From Mobula hypostoma (taxonomy: Eukaryota): a stretch of DNA of 64,000 nt. Position numbers and translations under genes: made by a program. The notes beneath the pieces are model-generated. The model saw nothing but the letters and a program-made list of their open reading frames with translations. It had not been told where the DNA came from and searched no databases. Within the stretch, counting starts at the first letter, position 1, and every line of letters starts with the position of its first letter. Positions 39,171 through 53,105 of this stretch are shown in pieces. The DNA lies in NCBI RefSeq assembly GCF_963921235.1, contig NC_086105.1, forward strand, positions 109,120,001 through 109,184,000. The letters are read 5' to 3'.

Positions 39171-41523
39171 TCTATGTACTACTAAAATTCTCATGCTCTG
39201 TTTGTCTGTTTGTGACCTCCAATTAGCCCAAATGGTGCATTACAGCAGCATTTTTTTGACTAAATCGACTTAAAATGCACTAACTTACAGAATGCATGCG
39301 AAGTTCAGGGTTATATATTCATATAAAATTGCTCACTCATCAATCAACAGGCCCCGCTTTCCACAACCCGAGCTGATTCCACCCTTCATGGAAACCGCGA
39401 CACAACACCACGATGCATGCGCAAGGCCAGCCTCAGCAGCACCTCATGATGCTCACAGCAGCGATGCCAACCGCACCAAAAGGGCAGGGCTATCGTGTCT
39501 ACTTAGGAGAGTGCCAACCACATCATCAGGAAAAATCAGCATCCTGGAGACTTTGGTGTTAACTGCTTCTTATCTTCTATCAAGCATTAGGGTAAAAAAA
39601 ATATGGACAGCCTAATTATGCCGCGTGGAAAGAGAAGGGGGACATTATGGTCAAGAGATTATGCCAAACGTCTTCGGGAAGCAGCATGGAGAGGGAGTCA
39701 GATGAAGACAATCAGATGAAGCCAGGGCCGCACAACTCCAGGTTCAAAGAGTCAGGACAAAAAAGATGAGAGGAGAAGAAGAGACAGAGGAGGAGAGGCA
39801 TGCATGTCTCCAAAATGACAAGGGGCATGGAAGGAGGAGAGAACAAGAATCGGATCAGGCCAGGGCCGCACGACTCCAGGATCAGAGAGGAAGAACAAAT
39901 GGTAGAAGTGATGAAGAGACGAAGGATGAAAGGGCTGCGCTTCTCCAGAATGACAAAAACAGGCAGAGAAGGAGGAGAGAGGAAGAGACAGAGGAGAAAA
40001 GGAAAGATCAACTCGAGAATATGCGGCAAAGAGTACCCTATTGAATAATGAGCAAAGAGAAGTATATGAATATGTGTGCGACCGCATGGAAAGGAATCTC
40101 TCTTCAATGATTTTCACTAATGCACCAGGAGGAACGGGCAAGACATTTATCATCAACTTGATCCTCGCTAAATTAGGGGAGATGGAGGTGTTGCTATTGC
40201 TGTAGCATCATCAGGTATTGCAGCAACATTGATGCCTGGTGGTAGGACAGTGCATTCAAGATTCAAAATACCCCTCAAAGTCAATGAAGATGCCCTTTGT
40301 AACATTGATAAAAACACCAATACTGCAAATTTACTCCAAAATGCAAGCTTATTGTCTGGGATGAGAGCCCCATGATTAGCAGGGAGGGCTTCGAAGCCAT
40401 GGAGGACTCTACGTGATGTATGCGGCAAGAATGAAGCCTTCGGGGGTATTTTAACCATTTGCTGTGGCAATTTCCATCAGCTTCTAGCAGTTGTGAAATG
40501 CGGAAATGATGCTGATGTGGAGAATTCATGCATAAAAAAATCCTACTTATGGAGAAGCTTCATGAAGTTTCAATTGAAGAGAAACATGCGATTGAGTGAG
40601 GGAGAAGGATGATATTCTGAGTTCTTATTGGATGTTGGAAAAGACAACATTGAGAAAATGAAAACGATAAAATCGAATTATCTGAAGATATGATTCTGCC
40701 AGCAAAAACTATGGAAGAACGCATTAATTTCATCTTTCCGACATTCGACAATCCTGCAGAACTGTTCACGAGGAATTCAATCTTGGTTCCTCTCAAAGAA
40801 ATGATGCAAAAAATAAGCTTCACGTGCATTAGACGCTTCCTTGGAATCATGAAAGAATACTGTTCCTTCAATGCTGTAAGTGAAGGAGCTAACGCCACTC
40901 ATTTTCCAACAGAGCTCCTTGATTCAGTCGAACTACCTGGATTGTCACCACATAAACTGGAATTGAAGAGGGGATCTCCCATCATTTCAATGAAGAACTT
41001 GGATCCACCAAGGCTTTGCAATGGAATGCGAATGATGGTGGAAGAACTGCACGACAATCTCATTGTATCAAAGATAAACATTGGTGCGTTCAAAAATGAC
41101 ATTGTCATGATCCCAAGAATTACTCTCAGTTTATCAGAAGGGGAAGATGTCCCTCTTCAATGGAGCCAGTTCCCGATACAGTCATGCTTTGCCATGACCA
41201 TACATAAGGCCCAAGGCCAAACCATGGAGAATGTGTTGATTTATCTGGAGAAACCGCTATTCCAGCATGGTCAGCTGTATGTAGCTTTAAGCCGGGGAAA
41301 AAGAAATGAAAACGTTCAAGTACTCTTGAAGGGTGGCAGATCAACCAGAAATGTTGTCATCAAAAGTGTCCTTCATTAAACAAGGAGGAGCTATATTTGT
41401 CTTGCTACGCGTCTTTCTTCTTTAATAAACTGAGTTTTTCTTCTTTAATTTCCAGAGCACATCACATCAGACTGCACTACCTTTCTCTCAAAGGCTGCCC
41501 CAACGGGTCAACGGGTTGTCTAA
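39171..41523 (+). mobile_element. Helitron, internally deleted, with PIF1 helicase remnants
   Basis: A|TC ... CTAA|T termini, no TSD; empty site GCATTTTG in copies 1 and 3; motifs APGGTGKTF, LCNGMR, FAMTIHKAQGQT, HGQLYVALSR. Confidence 0.95.
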
Positions 41524-41710
41524 TTTTGTTTAAATATACAACAGCGTGTTTGAGTACAAAGTGCAGTGATTACAGGTGGAATTGGTATTGGTGTCGTGCT
41601 CGATGTTTATCCCTCCGTGATAATTGATGGAGCAATCAGCTTGGCTGTGTATTTATTGTAATGAGTGGGTAAATTTTCAGTGAGTAAATTGGCTGCTGTT
41701 GTCTATGATA

Positions 41711-44700
41711 CAGGGGCGGCGCTAAGGTGGTGCTAGCTGGGGCTATAGCCTCAGCAGAAATTGCAATAGCACCACCATAGCACCACCAAGAAATTAACTG
41801 CAGCTGCTTTGCTTTCTCTGTATAGTTTTGAATACAGCTTGTTTCTCCAATTGATCTAGTGAAACAGCGCCCCCAATTACCATAGCACCCACGCAGCAAT
41901 AAAGTTATAAACTCTGTCAGATCCACTCTACACTTCTGCTTATTCGTTCGTTGTCAATGTCTTGCCATTGCTGTCCTCAGATCAGTTAAGCTGATCTAAG
42001 ATCACTTAAGGTGGTGATGTCACTCACTCACTCACACGAGAGATTGATCGTATACATCCAGGCGCAGATCCGTGGTCTCGCGAGACTAACGGACGCCACA
42101 TGCGCACGTTGTGCTTTTACAAGCAAGCGTGGGCTTGGCACGTGCATTATTTTGGCCAGTGTGAAAAATGGATCGATTTTTAGTCAGAAAACGACCTCAT
42201 CCAGAGGAATCAGTGGTGTCTCAGCCTGAGCCTGTCTTAATTGAAAGTGACATGCAGAAGGAAGTAAGTTGGGATGAGGACGACAGCAGTTCATCGAAGG
42301 AGTGTGAGGGCGAAGTAGAGGAACAAGAAATGGAGCGGAATTCGGAAGAGAACATGGATGAAGCTGCTCTTAGTGCGAGTGGGAATACTGTTGGCGATGT
42401 TAGCCAGCAGTCTGAGGAAGGACCCTGTCGGCCAGCATTGAAAAAGTACCCTTCGCAACAGTTTGGCAATCAGCAAAGGAGTATGAGTGGCTGGTTTGAC
42501 CTGTACTCCTGGCTGGAATATTCAATCACAAAAGATGCTACATTCTGCTTCGCATGCAGGCATTTCCTGCGTGGAGGACATGGGTTCCATTCTGAGTCTA
42601 CCTTCACTGTCACCAGTTATCGCAACTGGCAGAAAGCTACAACAGTTTTCAAAACCCACCATGTAAGTGCAGCTCATAAGTTTGCTATGGAGGCACGGGC
42701 CGAATTCAGATTGAGAAAACAAGACGGTTCAAGATTGGGAAATGTGCTTGATTAAGGACATGCAAAGATTGTCCAAGAAAATCGTGAGTATATGAGAGCA
42801 GTGATTGAGTCTCTACACTATACTGCGTGCCAAGGTATTGCCCAGCGAGGACACCGGGAGAATGATGGATCTGGCAATAGGGGAAACTTTGTTGAGTTGC
42901 TCAGTGTAATTGGGAAATTTGATAAGACTGTAGCTAAAAAAAAGAGGACAATCCTGGAAATGCAAAAAACACCCATCACGATATCCAAAATGAAATTATG
43001 GGCATTATGGCAGATATGGTCAGACGTCAAATAAGTGCAGAAATCAAGCAGGCTGGATATTTTGCCATCATGGTGGATGAAAGTAAAGACTTGAGTAAAA
43101 AGCAGCAAATATCAGTGGTGGTGCGGTATTTGAATAACAAAACAGTGCTTGAAGAATTTGTGCACTTCACTCCAGCAGAAGGGTTGGACGCAGAGTCGCT
43201 TCTTAAAAGCATTGAACAGACACTCGCCCAGTGTGTTATTGATAAGAACGCGTGTATAGGTCAGTGTTATGACGGGGCAGCAGTGATATCCGGGTGCAAT
43301 AACGGGGTACAAGAGAGGTTCAGGAAAGAGGTCCCGCATCCCGCAGGCATTATATATACACTGCCATGCTCACAGACTTAACCTTGTTTTAGTGGATGTT
43401 TTGAGCAATGTACCACAAGCGGGTGAGTTTTTTGAAACTGTGCAGCTGCTTTACAACTTCTTTTCAAACTCTGTTGCCCACGATCTTTTCATGAAGAAAC
43501 AGAGAGAACTGGAATCAACCTGTGGAGTTGAAGAAATTGTCAGATACACACTGGGCATGACAGTATACAGCTTTGTGGGCTATAAGGAAATCACTCCCTG
43601 CTAATCTAGCTACACTACCAGATATTATGGGTCAACCAAATGCACGGAGGAAAACGGAGGCCAGAGTTGTAAATGGACTGATTGACAAGCAGTTTGCTTT
43701 ACTTCTCACTCTGTTTGAGGATTTATTCCGAGTCACCAAGTTCATGTCAAACCAGCTACAATTTCCCAGTTTGGAAATTTCATCCGCTGTGGACTTGGCT
43801 CAGTCTGTTATCGATGCACTCTCAGCAAAATGGGGAGAGGAATCATGGAGTGAAATTCAGTCAAGAGCTAGGGACCTGTGCGTCAAGGCCGGTATACAGA
43901 GCAGAACATATGAAAGGAGACAGGCCCAGCCACCCCGCCGCCTACGTGATTTTGGTATTGAGGCCCAGACTGAACGCACACCTGTCACATCCTCTGATGA
44001 CCTTCGCAACCACTGTTTCTATCAAGTTATAGACAGACTTCTGACTGAAATGAAAAGACGGTTCTCAGTTGAGACTGGGAGTGTTCTGACTGGAGTCTCA
44101 GCATTGAGTCCCAAGCACAAGTTCTCCCTAGACATGAATTGTCCTTGGCCAATGGCCCAATACTGTGGAGTGACTGAAGTGAACCTGACTGCAGAGCTAC
44201 ATCAGGTTCGGCGTCTGCTGGAAATAAAACAAAAGCAAGGACAGACAGTGAATGACACAGTGGAATTTCTAGCTCTAATGAGACCCTACCATGATGCATT
44301 TATAGATTTATACAAACTAATCTGCATATCATTGACTCTGCCTGTTACATCTACCTCATGCGAACGGAGTTTCTCTTGCCTCAGACGCGTCAAAAACTAC
44401 TTAAGGAATAGCAGCGGCGATGCTCAGAACAGCCAGTTGGCCGTGTTGGCCATAAACAGCCGGAGGACCAAGGCACTTGACATCCAGAAAATCATTGATG
44501 CTTTCACCACCAATCGCAACAACAGACGGATTGCGCTTCTCTGAAAACATTAATGGTGAGTGCAGTTGATTTTTTAAAAAAATTTGGGCCAAGACTAATG
44601 CTGATTATTATTATTATTTTGTGTTGGATACCCCATAGTCCTTATGTTTTCTGCAAATCCTAAAATATTACGTTTACTGCTATTAAGCCTACTGGTTTTG

Positions 44701-45264
44701 CTTAGACTTCCAAGCGGTGATTCTGTTGATTTTTGTTTTAAATTCAGTAGCCGAATTAATTGAGGTATTGCATGGTCAGAGTACGATTTGACCAACTCCT
44801 GGAAAAGCCTTGCATCTGTTGCTTGCCTTATTTGACTTTAATAACTGTGTATCTTTTGGCATTGCTGTCTATGTAATGCAAATAGCAGTGGGTTTGTGTT
44901 GTGTTTTTCAGTTGATAAGCACGCATTTGAGGCTGATTGCGGGATTGGTGCGTGATTCATGTTGTCCGCTGTTGCTCGGATGCTCTGTTTGTTTTTTTTT
45001 GTTTATGCTCCGTGTAGCCCAGGTTGCCGCTGATGCTGTTGACACTGTAACAGTTCACTTCTTTATTAGATCTATCAATTGCAGTTGCTTGTGAATCAAC
45101 AGAGGCATTTATAGTAGGCACATAACACTTGAAACTGACTTTTTAATGCCGCGCATCTGGCCTTGCGAATACATATTACCATACAGTGCATCCCTCAGCA
45201 CCATCACTGAATAATTCAGCCCCTCCGTAGCACCAGCAAGAAGAAACCTCTGGCGCCAGCACTG
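41711..45264 (+). mobile_element. hAT transposon (Tip100/ZMYM1-like), near full length, broken transposase
   Basis: 8-bp TSD CTATGATA at 41703-41710 and 45265-45272; imperfect TIRs. ORFs 42168-44544 carry a TTF-type zinc finger, RGH..NRGNF and CERSFS motifs, interrupted by stops and frameshifts. Confidence 0.95.
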
Positions 45265-47589
45265 CTATGATAGAATAGTGACACAGGCAAATGGTTTTTA
45301 AAGTGATTTCATTAAAATCTTTGAGGTCCATTAATAGTAGGCCAGTACTACATCCATTGGTGACTAAAAATTCTAACCCTTTGTATTTTTTTACTGTACA
45401 CCAACCATAGAGACACTCCCTTAGAGTCTGGAAGTTTTGAATCTGTTTCTTTAGTGAGAAACATAAAAAAGAAGGAATAGTAACCAGAGTTTTGTAATAG
45501 TGGTGATGATTTGATAGAGAGGTACCAGGATGTGATTTATAATAAAATCAGGGAATGCTATACTAGAACAATTTTATTTATGTGATGATGCATATTAATT
45601 GGTTTATTACCGTGGGTAATTATTGATTTAGATCTGTCTAGAATGTAGATTTTACTCTGCTTTTGAAATCTGAATGTGTTGCTACTACACACTGATTTAT
45701 TTTTTGCTTTACAGCAAATGGCGGACGACGCCGGTGGTAGAGGAGGATTTCGTGGTGGGTTTGGTTCTGGCGGCCGTGGGCGTGGTCGAGGCCGCGGTAG
45801 GGGTCGTGGTCGAGGCCGGGGTGCACATGGTGGTAAAGCTGAAGATAAAGAAGTAAGATTCACAATTGAGTAAATGAAATAATTCTTGACTTTTTTTGTG
45901 TACATGCACAAACTTGTTGTGGGGTTAGTTCTGAAATGTGTTCCTTACATCTCCGCAGTGGGTACCAGTAACAAAGCTTGGGCGCATGGTAAAAGATGTG
46001 AAGATCAAGACTCTGGAAGAAATTTACCTTTTCTCCCTTTCTATTAAGGTGAAGTCCTGACAATTTCATATTCTTACTATGACACATTTTTATAATTACT
46101 CATGTGAAACATTGTCCTGAGTTTAAAGCTTGTTTTTGTATAGGAGTCTGAAATCATTGACTTCTTCCTGGATTCAGCCTTGAAGGATGAAGTTCTCAAG
46201 ATCATGCCTGTGCAGAAGCAAACCCGTGCTGGCCAGCGCACAAGGTTCAAGGTCAGGGCTTTTGTCTCTAGATTACTATTGTACAAAGTGAATTATGTTA
46301 CTTATTTGAGAAGTAAATTTTAAATTTCCATTTAAAAATTTTCAGGCTTTTGTTGCTATTGGAGATTATAATGGCCATGTTGGATTGGGTGTCAAATGTT
46401 CAAAAGAAGTAGCCACTGCCATTCGAGGAGCTATCATTCTGGCAAAACTATCTATCATTCCTGTACGACGTGGTTATTGGGGTAACAAAATTGGAAAACC
46501 ACACACTGTACCTTGCAAGGCAAGTTCACGTACTGATTTAATTCTTCATTTAATGTGGTAAGGTTTCAGTTATATTTGTGGTTCTGTGAAGACAGTGATA
46601 TAGCAAATACCTGACACAACATAAATAATTAATTCAGACAATTGTTTGGAATTTTGGCTGCATTAAGTGTATGTATAAGGGTTAATAAAGGGGTATGTAT
46701 GGATCCAAGTGGCTGTTCTACCATTAAGAGAGTTGCATGTACTTTCTCCCTTTAGGACAGAGAAAAGGAATGATACTCTGGTATGGAAAGATAATTGACA
46801 TGACATGTATTATAATGTAATTTTAAGCAGTGTTACCTGCATATTATTTTTATATAGCCCTCTGTCCAAAGCCATTGTATCTTTTGCACGCTATATTACA
46901 GGCATATTGCTCACCATTTTCATTGTAGTCTGAACAAAACTTTGCATAACTTTGTTTAATGCCAGGTCTTTGGGTAGAAAGGCCAGCATTTCTAGCTTTT
47001 TTTGATTCAGTCCCTGCCAATATTTTAATGTGTACGCATGTTAAAAGTCCATTTTAAAATGGACTTTTTCTGCCCTTTTCAGTTCCTTAGTGGTTGCCTT
47101 CTGCAGTCTGTTCCGATGAAGGAACTTTTCCCTGAAATGTTAACCTTTTTGCTCTTGCCACACATGCAGCCTGACAGGATTATTTTGTGGTTTTATTTCT
47201 GGTGTGTCACTCTCTGGCTGTTCACCTGCATTGGTCCTAAACATAAAAGGCGCTGACTTCTGACAATGATTCTTAGTCTGTAGAGGTTGCATGTTTTCAA
47301 ACAGTATCTGTCTTGCTGTGGCCCTGGTGCGAATTGCACCAAATTGAGTCCGATTTATGCGAAACCTGTTTTTGTGGTGCACTTTCTGCCTGTGCCAGTA
47401 TGAATGCCAGTGTCACAATGTTTCTTAGCCATTTATTCATCTGCTTATCCCAAATGCTAGTTGCCATGTGGCAGTGGTAAACAAAATGCAGGCAATATCT
47501 CAAGCCTGCTGTAAAATGTAGGAACTCGCATCCAAAGTAATGACAACTGTGTCTTTCCAATCAAATGTACTTTCTATATGGCTTGAAGT

Positions 47590-49770
47590 ATTCTATATGC
47601 TGACACTAGAGCAGTTTATGGTCAAGTCCATCAGGGAAAAAGTGATTCTAGATTGGGTGTTGTGTAATGAGTTAGATTTGATTAGGAAGCTTAAGGTAAA
47701 GCAACCTTTAGGAGTCAGTGATTATAATATGATAGAATTCATCCTGCAGTTTGAAAGGGAGAAGCTACAGTTAATGCTTCAATGGAATAAAAAGCATTGC
47801 AGAGGCATGATAGCGGAGTTTGCTAAATTTGTTTGGAAGGGGACATTAAGGAATGATGGGTGGAGTTTCTGGAGGCAATTTGGAAGCCACAGGATACATC
47901 CTAAAGATGAAGAAGTATCCTAAGGGAGGAAGAACACCATGGCTGACAAGGGAAGTCAAAGACAGCATAAAAGCATATGAGACAGCATGTAATATAGCAA
48001 AAATTAGTGGGAACTTAGAAGATTAGGAGGCTTTTGAAAATGCAACAAAATGCAACTAAGAGAAAACAAGAAATATAAAGGTAAGCTAGTCAATAATATC
48101 AAAAGAGGATACCAAAAGTTTTTTTTATATAAAAAATATATAAAGGATAAAAGGCAACAGTGCATATTGGATTGCTAGAAAATGATGCTGGAGAAGTAGT
48201 AATGGGGGACAAAGAAATGGCAGATTAATTTAAGTACTCTGTGTCAGTCTTCACTATGGAAGACAAAAGCAGTATGTGAGAAATCCGAGTGTCGGGGCGC
48301 AACAGTGTAGTTGCTATTACTAAGGAGAAGGTATTTGGAAAGCTTGAAAGGTCTGTAAGTAGGTAAGTCACCTGGACTATATGGACTACACCCCATGGTT
48401 CTTAAAGAGGTTTTGGAGGGATTATTAATGATCTTTCAAGAAGCACTAGATTCTGGTATGTTTCCAAAGGACTGGAAAGTTGTAAATGTCACTCCACTCT
48501 AAGAAGGGAGCTAGGCAGAAGAAAGGAAATTAGAGGCCAGTTAGCCTGACTTCAGTGGTTGGGAAGATGTTGAAGTTCATTATTAGGGATGGGATTTTGG
48601 GGTACTCGAAGGCATATAACATGCGAAAGTCAGCATGGTTTCCTTGAGGGGAAATCTTGTCTGACAAATCTGTTGGAATTCTTTGAGGAAATAACAGGCA
48701 CGGTAGACAAAGGAGAGTCTGTAGATGTTGCTTGCTTAGATTTTCAGAAGGCCTTTGACATGGTGTTATAGGAAAGATACGAGCATGGATAGAAGATTGG
48801 CTGACTGGCAGGAGCCAAAGAGATAAAACAAAGGGGCCTATTCTGGTTTGCTGCAGAAGATTAGTGTTCCACAGGGGTCAATATTGGGAGCACTTTTTAC
48901 CTTGTATTTCAATGATTTAGATGGAATTGATGGCTTTGTGGCCAAGTTTGCAGATGATACATGGATTGTTGAGGAAGCAGAAGGACAAGCAGATAGGGAG
49001 ATTGGGAAAAGAAGTGGTAGATGGAATATTGTGCAGAGAAGTGTATAGTCATGCACATTGGCAGAAGGAATAAAGGCATAAAATGGGGAGAAAATTCAAA
49101 AATCAGGTTCAAAAGGACTTGAAAGTTCTCATACAGGATTCACTTGCAGGTTGAGTTAGTGGTAAGGAAGGCAAATGCAATGTTAACATCCATTTTCAGA
49201 GGACTAGAATATAAGAGCAGGGATGCGATGCTGAGGTTTTATAAGACATTAATGAGATAGCACTTGGAATACTGTGGGCAGTTTTGGGCTCCTTAGATAT
49301 GTTGGCATTGGAGAGGGTCCAAAAGAGGTTCACAAGAATGATTCTGTGAATGAAAGGGTTAATATACGAGGAATATTTGGCTCTGGGCCTGTACTTGCTT
49401 GAGTTTAGAATGACGGCTTATGTTTAAACCCGAGAGAATATTGAAAGGCCTGGATAGAGTGGATATGGACAGCATGTTTCCTCTCGTGGGTGAGTTTAGG
49501 ACTTGTGGGTAGAGCATCAGAATAGAAGGATGCAGAAGAGGATTTCTATAGCCAGAGGGTGGTGAATTGGTGGAATGCTATGCCACAGACAGCTGTGGAG
49601 GCCAAGTCATTGAGTATATTTAAAGTAGTGATTGATAGGTTCTTGGTGGTCAGAGCATCAAAGGTTACGAGGAAAGGCAGAGAATGGCGTTGAAAGGGAT
49701 AGTAAATCAGCCATTATGGAATGGTGAAGTAGAATTGATGGGCTGAATGGCTTCATCTGCTCCTATGTCT
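47590..49770 (+). mobile_element. Degenerate CR1 LINE
   Basis: SQHGF..KSCLTNLLEFFEE, VPQGSILG, KFADDT; many indels. Confidence 0.88.
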
Positions 49771-50359
49771 TTGGGCTACTTGTAAAAAGGTATAGTGAAT
49801 GGGACTTTCAGTTCTGTTGACAAGATACTGTAATTATGAAAGCTTCTCAAATTGTCATACCATGCTTCCTTTTCCTCACTCCGAGAGCCTCAATATATTT
49901 GATAAACCAGCAATTTAAAACAGTTCAGCCAAGGTTCTTTCTCTTCCTCTAGATCAGTGGTTCCCAGATCTTTTTGGGTTGCCGGCTCCTTGCTCCCAGA
50001 CCACATCCCCAGTGTTTTCTTCTCCCTTTCTGGACATCATGTAAATACTATAAAATATTTTTATTTATGATACAGTGAAAGAAAATTCAAAGTAGTGACA
50101 AATAATCAAATCAATTTGTTCTGGTGCCTCTGCTAGTCAAGGTCAACCATAGAAATCCTAGCTATCTATATTCGATAACCCAAGCCAGGGCAGTATGATC
50201 TGGCGAGCAAGCTGATGAATCCAATGGAATGCAGAGACCCATACAGTTTGGCACCAGCAGCGATGTAGGAGTTGCCAATTGGCATTAAACTCAACGCAGG
50301 ACTGCCTCAGATTTTCCTTGGAATATATTCCCAAAACTTTTACCATAAGTAAGGAGGGG

Positions 50360-50920
50360 GAGTAGAAGATGGTGGCGCGACACAGCCTGTGCGGCCGCTC
50401 CGAAATAATATCGGTATTTGTACCATGCACAATCCTGATTTGATGGAGACAGACATGACAAGCACGGAGGAACATCTAGAGAAACATCTGAAATGCCTGC
50501 TTCACTGCCACTGCTACTGTGTGATCAAGAATCTCCAGAGGGGAAGGCCCCAAATCCTCGGCTTTGCCTATTGCCTGTTGCCAGGGCTGGGGTCGAAGCG
50601 CTTGGTGCTCAGTATCGAAGGCTCGAAGTTTTTGGACGGACTCAAGAGTCGGCTGTGGTTGGGTGCTTCCAGGGTGCTGCATCGGCAAGTTTGCGGTGCT
50701 GGAGGTTCATGGCAGGGAGAGTTTCTCAAATTATGGTATTGCTTTGCACTGTTGTAACTATATGTTATAATTACATGGTTTTTGTCAGTTTTTTTAGTCT
50801 TGGTTTGTCTTGTGTTTCTGTGATATCATACTGGAGGAACATTGTATCATTTCTTAATGCATGCATTACTAAATGACAATAAAAGAGGACTGCGTGTCCT
50901 CATAATCTAATCTAATCTAA
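50360..50920 (+). mobile_element. Non-autonomous retroposon with (AATCT)n tail, copy A
   Basis: Similar to 51290-51950; AAGATGG start; AATAAA then taatct repeats. Confidence 0.7.
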
Positions 50921-51289
50921 AAAATCTAAGTGGATATACATGCAAGGTAGCAGTGGTTTGAGCTCTGTGTTTTCCTTCTAGATGAGCTACCAACCATGGC
51001 TGACGAGCTCTATCTGCCCAGAGTGACTGTTTTTAAGACACTAGTAGCCTGCCTTTGCCCCTTCAGTAGGAACGCTTCCGCCAAGCTTAGTAGCTAAGCC
51101 ACACATGAAGGCCGGGAACTGGACTAGGTTATCAGAGGCTATTTAAGATACATTACATTGGAAACATTTAGTAGTTTATCTCCCCCCTCTGCTATGACAG
51201 CTTAAGGAACCTCAAATATTGTACTGTACTACAGTAGTGAACAGATAGAAAGCATAGGCTGGGCCTGGAAAAAGACAGATCTCGGGAGG

Positions 51290-51950
51290 TTGGGAGGAGA
51301 AGATGGCGGCGCAACGCAGCTTGCAGCGGCCACTCTGCTGAATGATATCTGTTATCTGACAAGTATGATGCCATGCACAATTCTGATTTGATGGAGACAG
51401 ACGTGAGAGCACAGAGGAACATCTGGTGAAACTTCTGAAATGCCTGTTTCGCTGCCGCTGCTACTGTGTGATCCAGAATCTCTGGAGGGGACGGCCCCAA
51501 GTCCTCGGCTTTGCTTGTTGCTTGGCGGCCAGGACTGGTTCGAAGCGTTCGGCAGAGATGGTGCTCGGTGCTCGGTGTCGGAAGCTCGAAGTTTTCGGAC
51601 AGACTCAGAGTCGGCTGTGGTTGGGTGCTTCCAATGCATCAGCAAGTTTGCGGCGCTTGGAGGTTCATGGCAGGGAGAGTTTCTCCCTTCTACTGTCTGC
51701 GTGAGATGATGGGGCTATCGGGACTTGAGACTTTTTTTTACTGTGCCCATGGTCTGCTCTTTATCAAATTACGGTATTGCTTTGCACTGTTGTAACTATA
51801 TGTTATAATTATGTGGTTTTGTCAGTTTTAGTCTTGGTTTGTCCTGTGTTTCTGTGATATCTTTCTGGAGGAACATTGTATCATTTTTTAATGCATGCAT
51901 TTCTAAATGACAATAAACGAGGACTGAGTGTCCTCATAATCTAATCTAAT
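51290..51950 (+). mobile_element. Non-autonomous retroposon with (AATCT)n tail, copy B
   Basis: Starts AAGATGGCGGCG; same body and tail as 50360-50920. Confidence 0.7.
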
Positions 51951-53105
51951 CTCTTCAGTCCAGGTTTCTCGTGATATGCCAAATACTGAAAAGTCGCTTT
52001 GCTTTTCAACTATAATGCGAATAAACTCTTCTTGGGCTTCCAGCCGGAGGCAGCTATTGATTATAATCAATGTTTCGATGACAAGCTCTGCCATCTTCAT
52101 CCCTGAATAAGAGTTTATTTGTCATATACACCTTTTTTAACTGTAAAGTGTTTTGACCAAAGTCTTAAGAGAATGGTGGGTTAGCAGGAGATTGGGTGAT
52201 TGCACGTTCATTGTAATCAATAGAAGCACTGAAGATCAAATATATTAAAGTCATTCACTTCTTAAATTAAGCCTGTAATTCTTCAGTTGCTCCCTTGCTA
52301 CCAAGCACACACTCACCACCCCCTTAATTTTTATTGGCTTCTTAGAAGCTCCCACCTCCCCCAGGGATGTGTCATCACCTGTTTTGGGAACCACTGCTCT
52401 AGATCATTAATCGGACTAAACTGTTTCTGAAGGAACACAAGGGACTGCAGATGCTGAATCTGTGGCAATAAACTATCTGCTGGAAGAACTTAGTGGGTTG
52501 AGCAGCATCTATGGGGGTTGGGGAGGAATTGTTGATGTTTTGGGTTATAAACTTGATTCTGCTCATGTACAACTTTGACCTGAAACATTGACAATTCTTT
52601 TTGCCCACCAATGCTGCTGAGTTCTTCAGATTGTTTGATGAACCCTATTCTGATCTTGCATTTATTTGCAAAGTGTGACAGGTCTCAATTAAACTCTTCA
52701 GCATCACTGATGTCAAAGCCAAAGATGCTAGTACTGAGCAGGGTCACTTGGAGCAATCTTGCTCTCTGCAGTTCAGTCGAATTTTTGTTTGTGATATTAG
52801 ACTTAGTTTTACACAATGCTGCATAAAATCTCCTGGAGCCCACTAACTTGAACAAGAATTTTGCACTATAAAAATGTTTTCTGTTTTTGTCATTGAGAAT
52901 TGACTAAAATGTGAACTGTCAATTTTTCATTGAGTATCTTGTAAAATTAAGTGTTAGAGTTTAGTGTTTTTAAAAACAAAAATTTAGTGTTCCATTTACA
53001 TTTTGAAAATAAAATGTTACTTGTTAAATGTAGTCTATACAGGTGACAGGCCGATGTGGTTCAATTTTGGTTCGCCTGATCCCTGCCCCATGTGGTACTG
53101 GTGTA

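Larger units (their letters stand above)
49955..52396. mobile_element. hAT MITE expanded by nested retroelements
   Basis: TIRs CAGTGGTTCCCA / TGGGAACCACTG; TSD CTCTAGAT at 49947-49954 and 52397-52404. Confidence 0.88.

Noticed and set aside
40690-41379. Host PIF1 helicase gene
   Set aside because: Intronless fragment inside Helitron termini.
42168-44544. Domesticated ZMYM1-like gene
   Set aside because: Stops, frameshifts, TIRs and a TSD show a decaying transposon.
45558-45911. Pro/Arg- and Thr-rich minus-strand ORFs (also 61438-61966)
   Set aside because: Antisense shadows of the RPS2 RGG exon.
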